Shown here: one piece after another, positions 37,320 to 49,873 of the stretch
Numbering within the stretch: position 1 is the first letter of the stretch
Layout: every line of letters starts with the position of its first letter
From: Octopus sinensis
Lineage: Eukaryota
Assembly (NCBI RefSeq): GCF_006345805.1
Contig: NC_043020.1
Coordinates: 14,694,001 to 14,758,000 of the forward strand
Direction: 5' to 3'
DNA length: 64,000 nucleotides
The notes under the pieces: model-generated
Databases searched by the model: none
What the model was told of the DNA's origin: nothing
What the model saw: the letters and a program-made list of their open reading frames with translations, nothing else
Translations under genes and position numbers: made by a program

Positions 37320-38242
37320 ACCAAGGCCAAGTTGGCAGCCAAGACCAAGTTGGCAGCCAAGGCCAAGTTGGCAGCCAAGACCAAGTTGGCAGCCAAGACC
37401 AAGTTGGCAGCCAAGGCCAAGTTGGCAACCAAGGTCAAGTTGGCAGCCAAGGCCGAGTTGGCAGCCAAAGCCAAGTTGGCAGCCAAGGCCAAGTTGGCAG
37501 CCAAGACCAAGTTGGCTGCCAAGGCTAAGTTGGCAGCCAAGACCAAGTTGGCAGCTAAGGCCAAGTTGGCAGCCAAGACCAAGTTGGCAGCCAAGGCCAA
37601 GTTGGCAGCCAAGGCCGAGTTGGCAGCCAAAGCCAAGTTGGCAGCCAAGGCCAAGTTGACAGCCAAGGCCAAGTTGGCAGCCAAAGCCAAGTTGGCAGCC
37701 AAGGCTAAGTTGGCAGCCAAGACCAAGTTGGCAGCCAAGGCCAAGTTGGCAGCCAAGACCAAGTTGGCAGCCAAAGCCAAGTTGGCAGCCAAGGCCAAGT
37801 TGGCAGCCAAAGCCAAGTTGGCACCAAGGCCGAGTTGACAGCCAAGACCAAGTTGGCAGCCAAGGCCAAGTTGGCAGCCAAGACCAAGTTGGCTGCCTAG
37901 GCTAAGTTGGCAGCCAAGACCAAGTTGGCAGCTAAGGCCAAGTTGGCAGCCAAGACCAAGTTGGCAGCCAAGGCCAAGTTGGCAGCCAAGGCCGAGTTGG
38001 CAGCCAAAGCCAAGTTGGCAGCCAAGGCCAAGTTGACAGCCAAGACCAAGTTGGCAGCCAAGGCCAATTTGGCAGCCAAGACCAAGTTGGCTGCCAAGGC
38101 TAAGTTGGCAGCCAAGACCAAGTTGGCAGCCAAGGACAAGTTGGCAGCCAAGACCAAGTTGGCAGACAAGGCCAAGTTGGCAGCCAAGGCCGAGTTGGCA
38201 GCCAAGGCCAAGTTGGCAGTCAAGACCAAGTTGGCAGCCAAG
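37320..38242. repeat. 18-bp minisatellite (G/A)CCAAGTTGGCAGCCAAG, about 51 units
   Basis: Directly visible; it reads AKLAAK/TKLAAK/AELAAK in the transposase frame. Confidence 0.95.
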
Positions 38243-38810
38243 GCCACAGAAGTGTTCCAAGATCTTCCAAGGGACACAGTGATGAACATATGAGCCAGGT
38301 GCTGGAGCCATCTCGAGGCTGTGGTGAAAGCAGAGGGCACCCACTTTGAGCAAAGTGTTGTCTCCCGGCCATAATCTAGATGTTGTTTTGGATTTTCAAA
38401 AATACTTTTTATTTTTGGATGGGATATTGTGTTTTCTTTTCCTTTTATGCAAACTGTAAAATCGGCCCCAGGACTTATTCTTTGTAAGCCTAGTACTTAT
38501 TCTATCGGTCTGTTTTGTGGAACCACTGAGTTACAGTTGTCAAGCGTTGGTGAGAGGACAAATACAGACACACACGTGCGTGCACACACACACACAACAC
38601 ACACACACATATACACGATGGACTTCTTTCAGTTTCTGTCTACCAAATCCACTCACAAGGCTTTGGATGGCCCAAGACTATAGTAAAAGATACTTGCCCG
38701 AGGTGCCATGCAGTGGGACTGAACCTGGAACTATGTGGTTGGTAAGCAATCTACATACCACACAGCCGCTCCTGCACCTATAAATGTATATATATATGTG
38801 TATATATATA

Positions 38811-38850
<40 letters not shown>

Positions 38851-38959
38851 CGTATAAATGTATATATATATGTATATATATGTGTGTATATATATATATA
38901 TAATATATATGTATATATATATATGTATATATATATGTATATATATGTGTGTGTGTATG

Positions 38960-39043
<84 letters not shown>

Positions 39044-39757
39044 GTATGTATATATACATATATATATATATGTATGTATATATACATATATATGTACACA
39101 CGGAGTGACAAATATCAGATCAATTGTAACGTAGCAATATTGCATGTTGCTGCAGATGTGCATGTAGTGAAAGATGTTTGTTGCAACAGCAGAAGCCTGT
39201 GATATTGATCTGCTAACAACACAACTGCTGGTGGACTAGTTCATCGATTTACTTAGACTACAGTGTAATAGCAGTAGCAGCAGTAGCAGTAGAAGTACTA
39301 GTAGTAGTAGTAGTAGTAGTAATAATAGCAGCAGTAGATACCTGATCAGATCTATAGTCAACCAAGTCAGATGTGCTGGCATCATGTTTTACAGCCAGGT
39401 GTTAAATGAAGCTGAAGGAGGCAATAGGTTTTCCTATTGAGCTGTTTCTAATTGCCACTAAGAACCACATCAAACTCTGTTGAGAGATAAGTCAGCCTCT
39501 GTCACGCTGGTCCATCATTGTAATATGTTGTACCCGGTAAACTTGAATGAGTTGGAATTAAAAAGGGTAGGCAGCTGTAGAAACCGTATTTGAAAATGGA
39601 TGGGATGTATGAGTGATGTAGGTTGTTTCTGACCTCTCAAGGAGAGCTGGAGGGTGATATCTGTAAATGAGAACTAGTTTAGTCAATGGTGTCCTCTATG
39701 TCATTATCGTCATGATAGCTTAGAAAGGTAGATCGACATAAAATGACAGAAAAATGA

Positions 39758-39790
<33 letters not shown>

Positions 39791-40465
39791 ATGTATGTAT
39801 GTATGTATGTGTGTATGTATGCATGTATGTATGTATATATATATGTATGTATGTACGTATGTACGTATGTTTGTATGTATGTATGTATGTATATACATAT
39901 ATATTCTTTTACTCTTTTACTTGTTTCAGTCATGTGACTGTGGCCATGCTGGAGCACCACCTTTGGTCGAACAAATCGACCCCCAGGACTTATTCTTTGT
40001 AAGCCTAGTGCTTACCCTATCAATCTCTTTTGCTGAACATCTAAGCTACAGGGATGTAAACATACCAAGATCGGTTGTCAAATGATGGTGGAGTGGACAA
40101 ACACAGACACACACACACACACACACACACATTTATATATATATGATGGGATTCTTTCAGTTTCCGTCTACCAAATCCACCCACAATGACTTTGGTTGGC
40201 CTGAGGCTATAGTAGAAGACACATATTCATGGTGCCATGCAGTGGGACTGAACCCAGAACCAAGTGGTTGGTAAGCAAGCTACTTACCACACACCCACTC
40301 CTATATCATCCTCATCATCAGCATTTATTGTCTTCTTTCCATGTTGGTATGGGTTGGATGGTTTGACAGGAGCTGGCAAGCCAGAGGACAGCACTAAGCT
40401 CCACTCTCTGTTTTGGCCTGTTTCTTATGGCTGAATGCCTTTCCTAATGCCAACCATTTTACTGA

Positions 40466-40499
<34 letters not shown>

Positions 40500-40582
40500 T
40501 TAGGCAAATAGAAAATAAGACAAAAACAACAAAAGTCAAAAGGATGTACACAGTGAATGTATCAAGTATATAAATACATATA

Positions 40583-41834
40583 CAGGGTGGGTGGAAGGTA
40601 AGTAGGCATTAGACATTTTTTATAGAATTTTTAGTATCACTGAAGTTATGTCAAAAAACATTTTTAAAACAGACAACATCATCATCATCATTGTTTGACC
40701 GTGATCGAGACAATGGAATTTACCATGCTACACCAGACTTCACGGTCCATCATAGCATTACGGACGTCCTGTTGCTGGATGTTTGTATCCCTGAAGATTA
40801 CATCAGGGTAGGAGAGTGTGCGCCCTCTGATATTGTGAGTAGATGGCTTCCAGAGGAGAAGAGTAGAAATTGCCTCGTTTTCAGCTCTACAACAATGTCC
40901 AGCAAACTGGACTCTCCTACCTTTCACAAGAGATGACACAGGTGGTAGTTTCCCATATATTTGCATTTTGGTTGGATGGCGCTTCCACGAGAGGTTTTGA
41001 GCTCTCATAAGGAGGCGAGTGTAGGTTCCATCCAACCGCCTCTCAAGCTTCTTTGATAACGTCCAGGTTTCTGAGCCATGTAGTAGAATTGGTTCGACTG
41101 TGACTTTGAAGATTTTAAGTTTGAAGTCTCTACTTAGATTTGATTACCAGATCTTATGCATGGGGCGTTCTTATTTTCTTAATGTCTTATATCTTATTTC
41201 TTATTTTCCAGATGGTTGGTTGCATGACTGTTCAGCAGCATGCTATGATGTGTGGAATTCCATTGTTTCAGTTTAGAGATGGTAGTGTGCATGGAAAGGT
41301 AAGCATGCAACACTACATCCGAAGACAATAAAAAGTTGTCATGCAAAGCTGATGATCACAGGCTCTGTGAATGGTGCAAGAAGAAGTGGCTGTCCAACCA
41401 GATCCCCATCAGTGGAGAATGGGGTAACAGTGCAGGAAATGTTTAATCACAGCCCACAAAAATCAACATGTCAAGCAGCTTGTGAAAGTGGACTAACAAG
41501 ACACGTAATACGTATGGTGTTGCATAAAGAATTGAATTTTCGTCCGCGGAAACCCCATTACATGCAGGAGCTAAAACCTGAAGACTGTGACTGTAGAAGT
41601 TCAGAAGATCAGATCTCACTCCATGTGATTTTTACCTGTGGGGTTACACAAAAGAGGAGGTGTACAGACTTGGAGGCATGGATTCAGTAGGTTCTCAATG
41701 ATATCCCAGATGGCATCCTTCAGAAGGTTGTTCATTCCATCCCTGGCCGTTTGAGGAAACTTGTTGATGCCACCGGTGCTTACATTAAGATATGAAGATT
41801 TACTTTCATTTTCCTGCCACAGTTTAATGTCTAA
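40583..41834 (+). mobile_element. Internally deleted Tc1/mariner-superfamily transposon
   Basis: TA-CAGGGTGGGTGGAAGG left end. Relics TGSVNGARRSG, SPQKST.QAACESG, KPHYMQEL, DLTPCDFYLWGYTKEEVY and RLRKLVDATGAY; right TIR only partial. Confidence 0.75.
40678..41150 (-). mobile_element. 3' end of a second RTE-like LINE nested in the transposon
   Basis: EPILLHGSETWTL..RLDGTYTRLL..RRVQFAGHCCR..DREVW, then a (TGA)n tail. Confidence 0.8.
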
Positions 41835-42464
41835 AACAAATAAAAGACCCTATGTATTTACAGTAAACATCTTCATCCTCTATATACCTTGTAACAGTCA
41901 CAAACTGTATTTATCCAATCGTTATTTCCATCTGCAAATCTAAAAACTGCGTCGATTCTGTCCTCGGCTTGTCAATATCTCTCTAGTCAATAACTGTAGG
42001 TTATATAAATCTAAGTATTCATTGTAGATGACTAAACAATTGCATCAATAGGCCATACCTATTTTATTGACAACTGTCAATGTATGTTGATGACTGTCTT
42101 GGTGTCTTTAGGTTAAATACAGATTTCCTTGATATCTTTACATTACATAAATCTTAATGACTTGCTCGATATGTTTAATTTAAATGTATAGAGATAACTT
42201 TCTTGATATCTTTACATTATGAACAAATACATATAACTGCTTTGATATCTTTAGGTTAAAGACATCTAGATTACTTCCTTGATATGTTAAGTTTAATTAT
42301 ATGCGGCTGACTTTTTCCGATAGCTTATATTAATATGCACGTTTATTACATTCTGGGAGATTACTTTGGTTGATAGTTTTAGGTTAAATACAGGAAGGTA
42401 ACTTCCATCCAATCACCCATCTAACCAACCAATCAACCAACCAACCAACCATCTATCCGTTCGT

Positions 42465-42495
<31 letters not shown>

Positions 42496-42589
42496 CCCAG
42501 CCATCCACCCATTCATCCATCCATTCATCCATCTGTCCGTTTATTTGTCCATCCATCCATCTGTCCATCTATTTGTCCATCCATGCATC

Positions 42590-43800
42590 CATCCATCTTC
42601 TCTGCCCACAACTCCTGAGATGGTTGTTGGGATAGAGTTCTCGGACACCTCCTCCAAAAGGTCCCATCAAAAGCATCCATCGTTAGGTTTTCCAACTGGA
42701 TTCCTAAGTATGCTCAGCCGAAGCTGTAGCGGTTGACTTTGCATTTTATCCATTTGGGGTCAATAAAATAAGTACCAGCTGAGTGCTGGGGTCAATATAA
42801 TCCGATATGATCAACTTAACCCCCTCCCCAAATTGCTGGCCTTGTGTCAAAATTTGAAACCAATATTCCCACAATCTCTTGAAGACCTGCCACACAGAGA
42901 ATATCTGGTCAGTTGTGCTGCATCCAAGATAGAAGCCACATTATTCTTCAGCAAGACTGGACTCGACAATTTCTCTACTTCCCTTTTCCAGATACCTAGT
43001 GTACACTTTTCCAGAGAGGCTCAATAAGGAGATTCCTCCATAATTTGGACACTCTCTTGTCTCCCTTTTTAAAAACCCTCCCAGATTACCATTGCTTTAT
43101 TGTCTGTCCATAGGTCCAGGCCAACTGGCATACATGAGTCAACCATGAATACCTTCTCTATTAAGGCTTTTAACAACTTAGGTCAAATTTCATCCTCCCC
43201 AGTAGCCTTGCCACATTTGAGTGCTTTAATCACCTCTATAACTTCAGCCTCTGTGAAGTTAGCCATTGGCCCTAGATGGACCTCATGTCCACTAGAATAT
43301 ATTATCATGACTGGATTTAGAAAATCAGCAAAAGTATTCGCTTTTCTTCCTAAGAATGCTCTGCTTCGTAGAGGAAGAACCCCACCTTCAACCAAGTTCT
43401 TAATGGTAAGTGTGGAAGACAGCTTCTTCGTTATGAAGTTGGCAGATGGTCATCCAGAATTCTTTATTGGCCAAATCTAAAGTCAGAGTCCAGCTTAATC
43501 CAAAAGTTCTCTCATGACTTAATCTTGGACATTTTTATTACTGCTGTTGAAACTTTTTGTGCTCAGAAGGGGAGATTTGTTTCTGAGTCAGGCTTCATAA
43601 ACCTCTGTTTTTGTTCAGAAGGCATTTTTGACTGCCTGCTACCATACTGAGCCACTTTATCCCAATTGTACATCCAGAGAAGAAACTGCCAAATGAAACA
43701 ATTTCCATTCTGTTTCAGCATCCTCAGTTTGTTCAGAAAAGTCTCTGAATTTGGATGCAATAGGGTTCACATATTTCTCTCTTATCCTTCCATCTGTCAG
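42590..43800 (-). pseudogene. Old RTE-type LINE ORF relic (region between endonuclease and RT)
   Basis: EAEVIEVIKALKCGKATGEDEI, FKKGD, ISLLSLSGKVY and STTDQIF remnants with stops. Confidence 0.65.
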
Positions 43801-44560
43801 GGCTTCTCCCTTAATCCTGTAAGTCACACTGGACTTAGCAGTTTTGTGAGTTCTCACAACTTCCATCCAATCACCCATCCAACCAACCAATCAACCAACC
43901 AATCAACCAACCAGCCAATCATCTATCCATTCATCCATCCATCCATCCATCCATCTGTCCACCCAGCCATCCACCCACTCATCCATCTATCCTAGTCTCA
44001 GGTTGCAGATAACTAGGTAGTGATAAGCTGATAACTCAGCCCCTCTCTCCTTACACAAAATACAGCACAGAATTTTTAAAAAAATCAGAGATAACAAGAT
44101 CCATCAATGACTTGTGTCTCAAAGTATCCCTTTTTTTCTTTTCACTGCTTTCGTAGATTCACATGACTCTCTGTTGCCATCCAATACCATTATCATGAAT
44201 TTGAATAATGAGCATGAGTCATACTGAATCCTTCATTAGCTGAGATTACACAACCATGGATACCATCCCTATCGATGTGTTGCAGTTAATCTCTTGATAG
44301 AGCTTGCTAGTCCTGACCATTGATGTTGTAGGATTCCTCTGCTCAACAGTTATGTAAGAAGTACCATTGGTTCAGCTGAACTCTTCCACTACCTCTTCAC
44401 AATCCGTCAGACTGCAATCCCATGACTTCACTGTATCCCTGGCAGGGTGGCTGAACAGGTGCTATGCCTTGCCAAAGGGCAGCCTGTAACTATGTGAGGT
44501 ATTTTTAAAATGCCCACATACCCACAAAGTATCCCTAATCCAGATATATTTATGGATATA

Positions 44561-44882
44561 CAGGGGTTGGGCAAAATAATGGAAACACCTTAAAATTTCA
44601 AACAAGTTTATTTTAATATAGGGTAGGGCCACCTTTGGCAGTAAGTACAGCTTGAATTCTACAAGGTATGGACTCGTAGAAAGTTTGAATTGTTTCCAAA
44701 GGAATTCTTGTCCATTCTTCAGCTAAAACAGTCTCCAGTTCTTGTAGTGATGATGGTACAGGATATCGACTCCTTACTTAATTTTCTAAAATGCACAATA
44801 AATGTTCAATAATATTGAGATCTGGGGACTGAGGTGGCCAAATAAGATGTTCAACTTCACTAGAATGTTTCTTGTACCATTC
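44561..44882 (-). mobile_element. Tc1-type (DDE) transposon 3' end
   Basis: WPPQSPDLNIIEH..LQELETVLAEEWTRIP..SIPCRIQAVLTAKGGPTLY*, then TIR CAGGGGTTGGGCAAAATAATGGAAACACC with TA. Confidence 0.85.
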
Positions 44883-44984
44883 AGGAAGAAATATTTGCCT
44901 CAGAATAAGCTACTATTCCTAGCTTTTGATTTGGAGATGGTGTTTAACAGGGGACCATTCGGTAATTTGGTGGTCACGGAATAA

Positions 44985-46260
44985 ACAAAGATGCAGTGAG
45001 TAAAGTGAGAGTCAACAACGATTTCGGTGATAAATTTAGTGTGAAGCTAGTTCATTACAGTTCAGTTCCCTGTCTCCTATTTATCATAGTCTCAGAGGCA
45101 ATTACAGAACAGATTAAGTCTGGCTGTCCATGGGAAAAGCTATATACTGATGACCTAGTTCTCATAGCTGAATATATAGGGAAATCAGAAAAGAAAAAAA
45201 TCCAGGCATGCAAGCTAAACCTAGAATCAAGAGGCCTCAAGATATTAGCATAAACTAAGGTTTTAGTGAGTAGGAAAGAAAACAGGAAACTGGTATCTTC
45301 AGAGAAATGACCTTGCTCGATGAGCAGGAAGGGAGTAGGTATGAACTTCATTTGTTATACGCAGTGTAAACTACAGAGAAACAAGAAGTGTAGTGGAATC
45401 ATGTGCTAATTGAGACAGTAAGCTTCATGTGTGACAGATGCATTGGAGCAATACATACAATAAGCAGACCAAGAATTGTCTTAAATGCTCAAATGACTCA
45501 CTAGAAGGAGATGAGCACCTTTTCAAACTCCACCCGACTAACACCCGTGGACTCGTGGACATATTTACAAAGTCAGAAAACAGCACAGCTCCCATGACTT
45601 TCGGAAACATTTTTTCACGCTGAGAGTTGCTGAAGCATGGAACAAACTGCCGGCACCAGTTGTTAGTTGTTGGAGCACTGCATCCTTCAAAACTTCCATG
45701 CTTCCTGAGATTCACCAACACTACACCTGATTTTCTCCCCTCCATACACACGCAAGCATGTATCTGACTCATACATTGTTTGCTTTCCAGACATTTGTAC
45801 ATTACTGCATACACTTTATATGCACTTTCTGACAAGTTGTGGTGCACCTGAGCACTGTATACAATAATTTCATTATTATTATTATTATGATAACTTCAAA
45901 AAAAATTTTTTTTATTAAGGATACATAATTAACTAACAGAGAAGGTAAACTTTATATACATAGCATAGGAGCAGTATATATTATGAGTAGACTAGAAATA
46001 GATTCTCTTAAGTGTCCACATGGCTGACTAAAAGTGGCTGATACTTTTTGTTACTTGGGAGATGAAAAAAGCAAGAGAGATTGTTGCTCAGAAAACATAG
46101 TAGCCAGAATAAGAAGAGGTTGGAAAAAGTTTAGAGAGCTTCTACCACTGCTGGCAACAAAGGCCTTTTTCCTCAGAGTAAAGGTCGGATTGTATGATGC
46201 TTGTCTTAAATCTGCAATGCTGCATAATAATGAGACATGGGCCTTGAAAGAAATGAAGTG
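44985..46260 (+). pseudogene. Degenerate RTE RT fragments interrupted by a CR1 3' end
   Basis: LLFIIVSEAIT..GCPWEKLYTDDL and FCYLGD..ARIRRGWKKFRELLPLL..LYDAC. Confidence 0.75.
45508..45888 (+). mobile_element. CR1 3' end, same family as 15901-17035 (minus copy at 63308-63576)
   Basis: TNTRG..RKQHSSHDFRKHFFTLRVAEAWNKLP, 3' UTR GGTGCACCTGAGCACTG and (TTA)n tail. Confidence 0.85.
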
Positions 46261-46664
46261 AGCATGCTCATTGGATGTCCATTGTAAGTTTTTGGGATTA
46301 TATCATCATCATCATAATCATCATCATCATCATCATCATCGTTTAGCGTCCACTTTCCATGCTAGCATGGGTTGGATGGTTCAATTGGGGTCTGGAAAGC
46401 CCGAAGGCTGCACCAGGCCCAGTCTGATCTGGCAGTGTTTCTACAGCTAGATGCCCTTCCTAACGCCAACCACTCCGTGAGTGTAGTGGGTGCTTTTTAC
46501 GTGCCACCGACACAGGTGCAAGACGAGGCTGGCGAACGGCCACGCTCGGATGGTGCTTTTTACATGCCACCAGCATGGAGGCCAGGCGAGGCTGGCAACG
46601 GCCACGATCGGATGGTGTTTGTTACGTGCCACCGGCACAGAGGCCAGTCGATGCGGAGCTAAAC

Positions 46665-46711
<47 letters not shown>

Positions 46712-46991
46712 ATATCAAGGAATATGTTGTCATGAAACGTGCATAGTAAAGTATATGATTTGAAATAAGAATTGTCGGTATTAAATTAGATAATTTTAAT
46801 ATTTAGTCCTATATGTACCTATTGTGGATAATGTCGTTCAGTGACGATTGAGTCGCTTGAGGGTGATTCTGTCTCTTAAGCCTATCTATATATATGTATA
46901 TAATACAGTGAGTAATTCATTTTAACACCACTAAATTGAACTTTTCTCCCCTGTGGACTCGGAAATAACTTCCTTAATATTAATATTAATT

Positions 46992-47032
<41 letters not shown>

Positions 47033-47610
47033 CAGGTATATGAATGTGTGGCTGTGTGATAAAAAGCTTGCTTCTAAACTACATGGTTCCAGGTTCAGTC
47101 CCTGCGTGGCACCTTGGGCGAGTGTCTTCGACTATAGCCTCAGGCTAACTAAATCCTTGTGAATGTATTTGGTAAATGGGAACTAAAAGAAAGCTGTTGT
47201 ATATATATATATATGTGTGTGTATATCTATGTGTGTGTGTGTTTCTGTTCGTGTTTGTCACCCCACCACCACTTGACAACTGGTGTTAGTGTGTTTGCAT
47301 GTCTGTAACTTAGCAATTCGGCAAAAAAGACTGATAGTATAAATACCAGGTTTAAAAAAGAAGTAATAGGTCGGTTCATTTGACTAAAGATTAAAAATTC
47401 AAGGCAGTGCCCCTGCATAGCCACAGTCTGATGACTGAAGTAAAAGATAAAAGATCGAGGTACTACTGTAAACCGTCTCCAAAATAGGAAAATAAGAGAA
47501 ACAAATGTCAAGGATACTTTGAAAAGTAAGCTGATTGTATATTTTCGAAAAATTGTGGCCTCTGATGACATTTCAAAACTGCAGTCATAATTTCCTTTGA
47601 AGATTGGAAG

Positions 47611-47655
47611 TCCACCTGAAGATTGTCGATCAAGACAAGAAACGATTGTAGTGGC
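47611..47655 (+). ncRNA. Canonical minimal type I hammerhead ribozyme motif
   Basis: CCAC-CTGAAGA-TTGTC(GATCAA)GACAA-GAAA-CGATT-GTA/GTGG. Core is fully canonical, with a 4-bp stem I, 5-bp stem II, near-palindromic ACGATTGT stem III and GUA site at 47650/47651. Confidence 0.8.
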
Positions 47656-47747
47656 GGTTTTTTTGACTATTTATTAAAATTTTATGTATTGATTAAGTCT
47701 TTCCTTGTTTGTTTTGCAAAATAGTGGTTTTGTCTCTAATAATATTT

Positions 47748-47778
<31 letters not shown>

Positions 47779-47843
47779 TATATGCATATATATATATGAA
47801 AAGAGATGACAAAGAAATAAACAATTATCCCATGAACTTCATT

Positions 47844-47927
47844 AGCTTACAGCTGTTTCCCGCTGTATAAGAGGCATTGCACTCATAGTTGAGTGCTGGA
47901 GTAACACCTTACAGCTTCATCAGAGCC
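47844..47927 (-). ncRNA. Long-stem-II hammerhead motif
   Basis: Minus strand reads GGCT-CTGATGA-A-GCTGTA...(GCACTCA-ACTA-TGAGTGC)...TACAGC-GG-GAAA-CAGCTG-TA/AGCT. Stem III is the palindrome ACAGCTGT; two extra G precede GAAA. Confidence 0.6.
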
Positions 47928-49325
47928 TCAAACATAAAGTGCAATTATTTGAGAAAACAAATACATTTAAGCATCTGTAGTGAATCTTGCATGCATGAAG
48001 TGGATTCGATCTACCATAGCCAAATTTAAAATAAACCCTGCAACAGAATTTTTTCCACGATGGAACAATGGTTTTTCCCTGACAGCAGTTTTACATTTTC
48101 CAGATGCATTTAGCTAGGCCAAAATAATGTCTTCACTACTTGACCCTTTCTAACCTCTTCTACTCCACCAAAAGCTAGAAATAGAGATAACAAGACCACC
48201 AACTAAATCTATTGTTCTCAATGATATATCTATCCTTCTGTTATACAAGCAAAAATCAGTTAGTCACTGCAGTGACAACTCAGTGAGAATAAAGTCTAGC
48301 TAACCTGCTAGAACATTGGTCAGAGGGAGAAATGAAGTTTACTGCCAGCAACTGTGACACAACGTTCCTCGCCCTACAATTCTCACTAGCTCTAATTCTG
48401 TTCTCTTACAACATCATCCTATCTCTCTCGGCAATTACTACTACTAAACAATGAAGAGGACACAAGCACAAACTTTTCTTTTGCATGCTTTTGAATTGAA
48501 TATAACCTGTCTGTCAAGGCAGGGTATTGTAACGTAATGGTAAATAAATGTTTCCTTAAAACTTAATGCATTATCCATCTTTCACATCTTACAGTATGCA
48601 TTACCAACAAATTTTTATCGTTGCATCTGCTGACTCCAACATACCATAATATTGTTTACAAATCAATTTCTGCCGTTACAATTGGTGTCCCTCGACTTCA
48701 ACTAAAATTGTTTACAATTCAATATCTGCCGTTACACATCTCGAACCTGCAATCCTTCGACTGTATACAGGGAAACACTACCAATGAGAAAGCATAGATG
48801 TGGGGGATGAAATGCAGGGGTTCATTGTACAATTAGAATAGAATTAATTTTAAGATGTGTATAATGATGGGTGTAGCAAGATGTAAAGAAAAGGTGAATA
48901 GATTAATCAGTAAGAACATATGTGTATACACAAACATACATACATACATATATATTGTGTTGTTTGTTCCTTCTTGAGCCATGCTTGGCTCATAAGGGCC
49001 AGTTTCCCAGTTTCGTTGACATATAGGTTCCCCACCTGGACAGGACGCTGGTCTGTCACAGGTGAGCAGGAAAAAAGAGTGAGAGGAATTTGTGGCGAAA
49101 GAGTCAGCAGAAGTTTGCCATTACCTTCTGCCAGAGCTGCAGAGAGCTTTGGTGTTTTGCTCATAAACACACACACCACCTGGTCCAAGATTTGAACCCG
49201 CAATCTTTTGACCATGTGTCAGCTGCTCTAACCACTAGGCTATGTGCCTCCACTACATACATATATATAGTAAGATAAAATATACATATAGACAACACAT
49301 ATTTATATCAGTATACATCAATGTA

Positions 49326-49363
<38 letters not shown>

Positions 49364-49803
49364 CTCTCTTTTTACTCTTTTACTCTTTTACTTGTTTCAG
49401 TCATTTGACTGTGGCCATGCTGGAGCATCGCCTTTAGTCGAGCAAATCAACCCCAGGACTTATTCTTTGGAAGCCTAGTACTTATTCTATCGGTCTCTTT
49501 TGCTGAACCGCTAAGTTACGGGGGACATAAACAAACCAGCATTGGTTGTCAAGCGATGTTGGGGGGACAAACACACACACACAAACATATATACACACAT
49601 ACATACATATATACATATATACATATACAGGACGGGCTTCTTTCAGTTTCCGTCTACGAAATCTACTCACAAGGCTTTGGTCAGCCCGAGGCTATAGTAG
49701 AAGACACTTGCCCAAGGTGCCACGTAGTGGGACTGCACCCAGAACCATGTGGTTTTTAAGCAAGCTACTTACCACACAGCCACTCCTACACCTATATATA
49801 TAT

Positions 49804-49873
<70 letters not shown>

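Larger units (their letters stand above)
36320..38462 (+). mobile_element. Degenerate DD37D (maT-type) Tc1/mariner transposon with internal deletion and nested insertions
   Basis: TA-CAG..GAGCTAAATTTGAC left end and an N-terminal relic at 36440-36640. QQD(37153)...MD(37267) has exactly 37 intervening codons. C-terminus VFQDLPRDTV..LEAVVKAEG. Confidence 0.8.

Noticed and set aside
37320-38242. NFI/CTF sites (TTGGC...GCCAA) in the minisatellite
   Set aside because: Half-site spacing is 1 or 7 nt, not the required 5.
37289-38353. 354-aa LGCQLG/LAANLA ORF and PSWQPR ORF as host genes
   Set aside because: Alternative frames of the 18-bp minisatellite inside a dead transposase.
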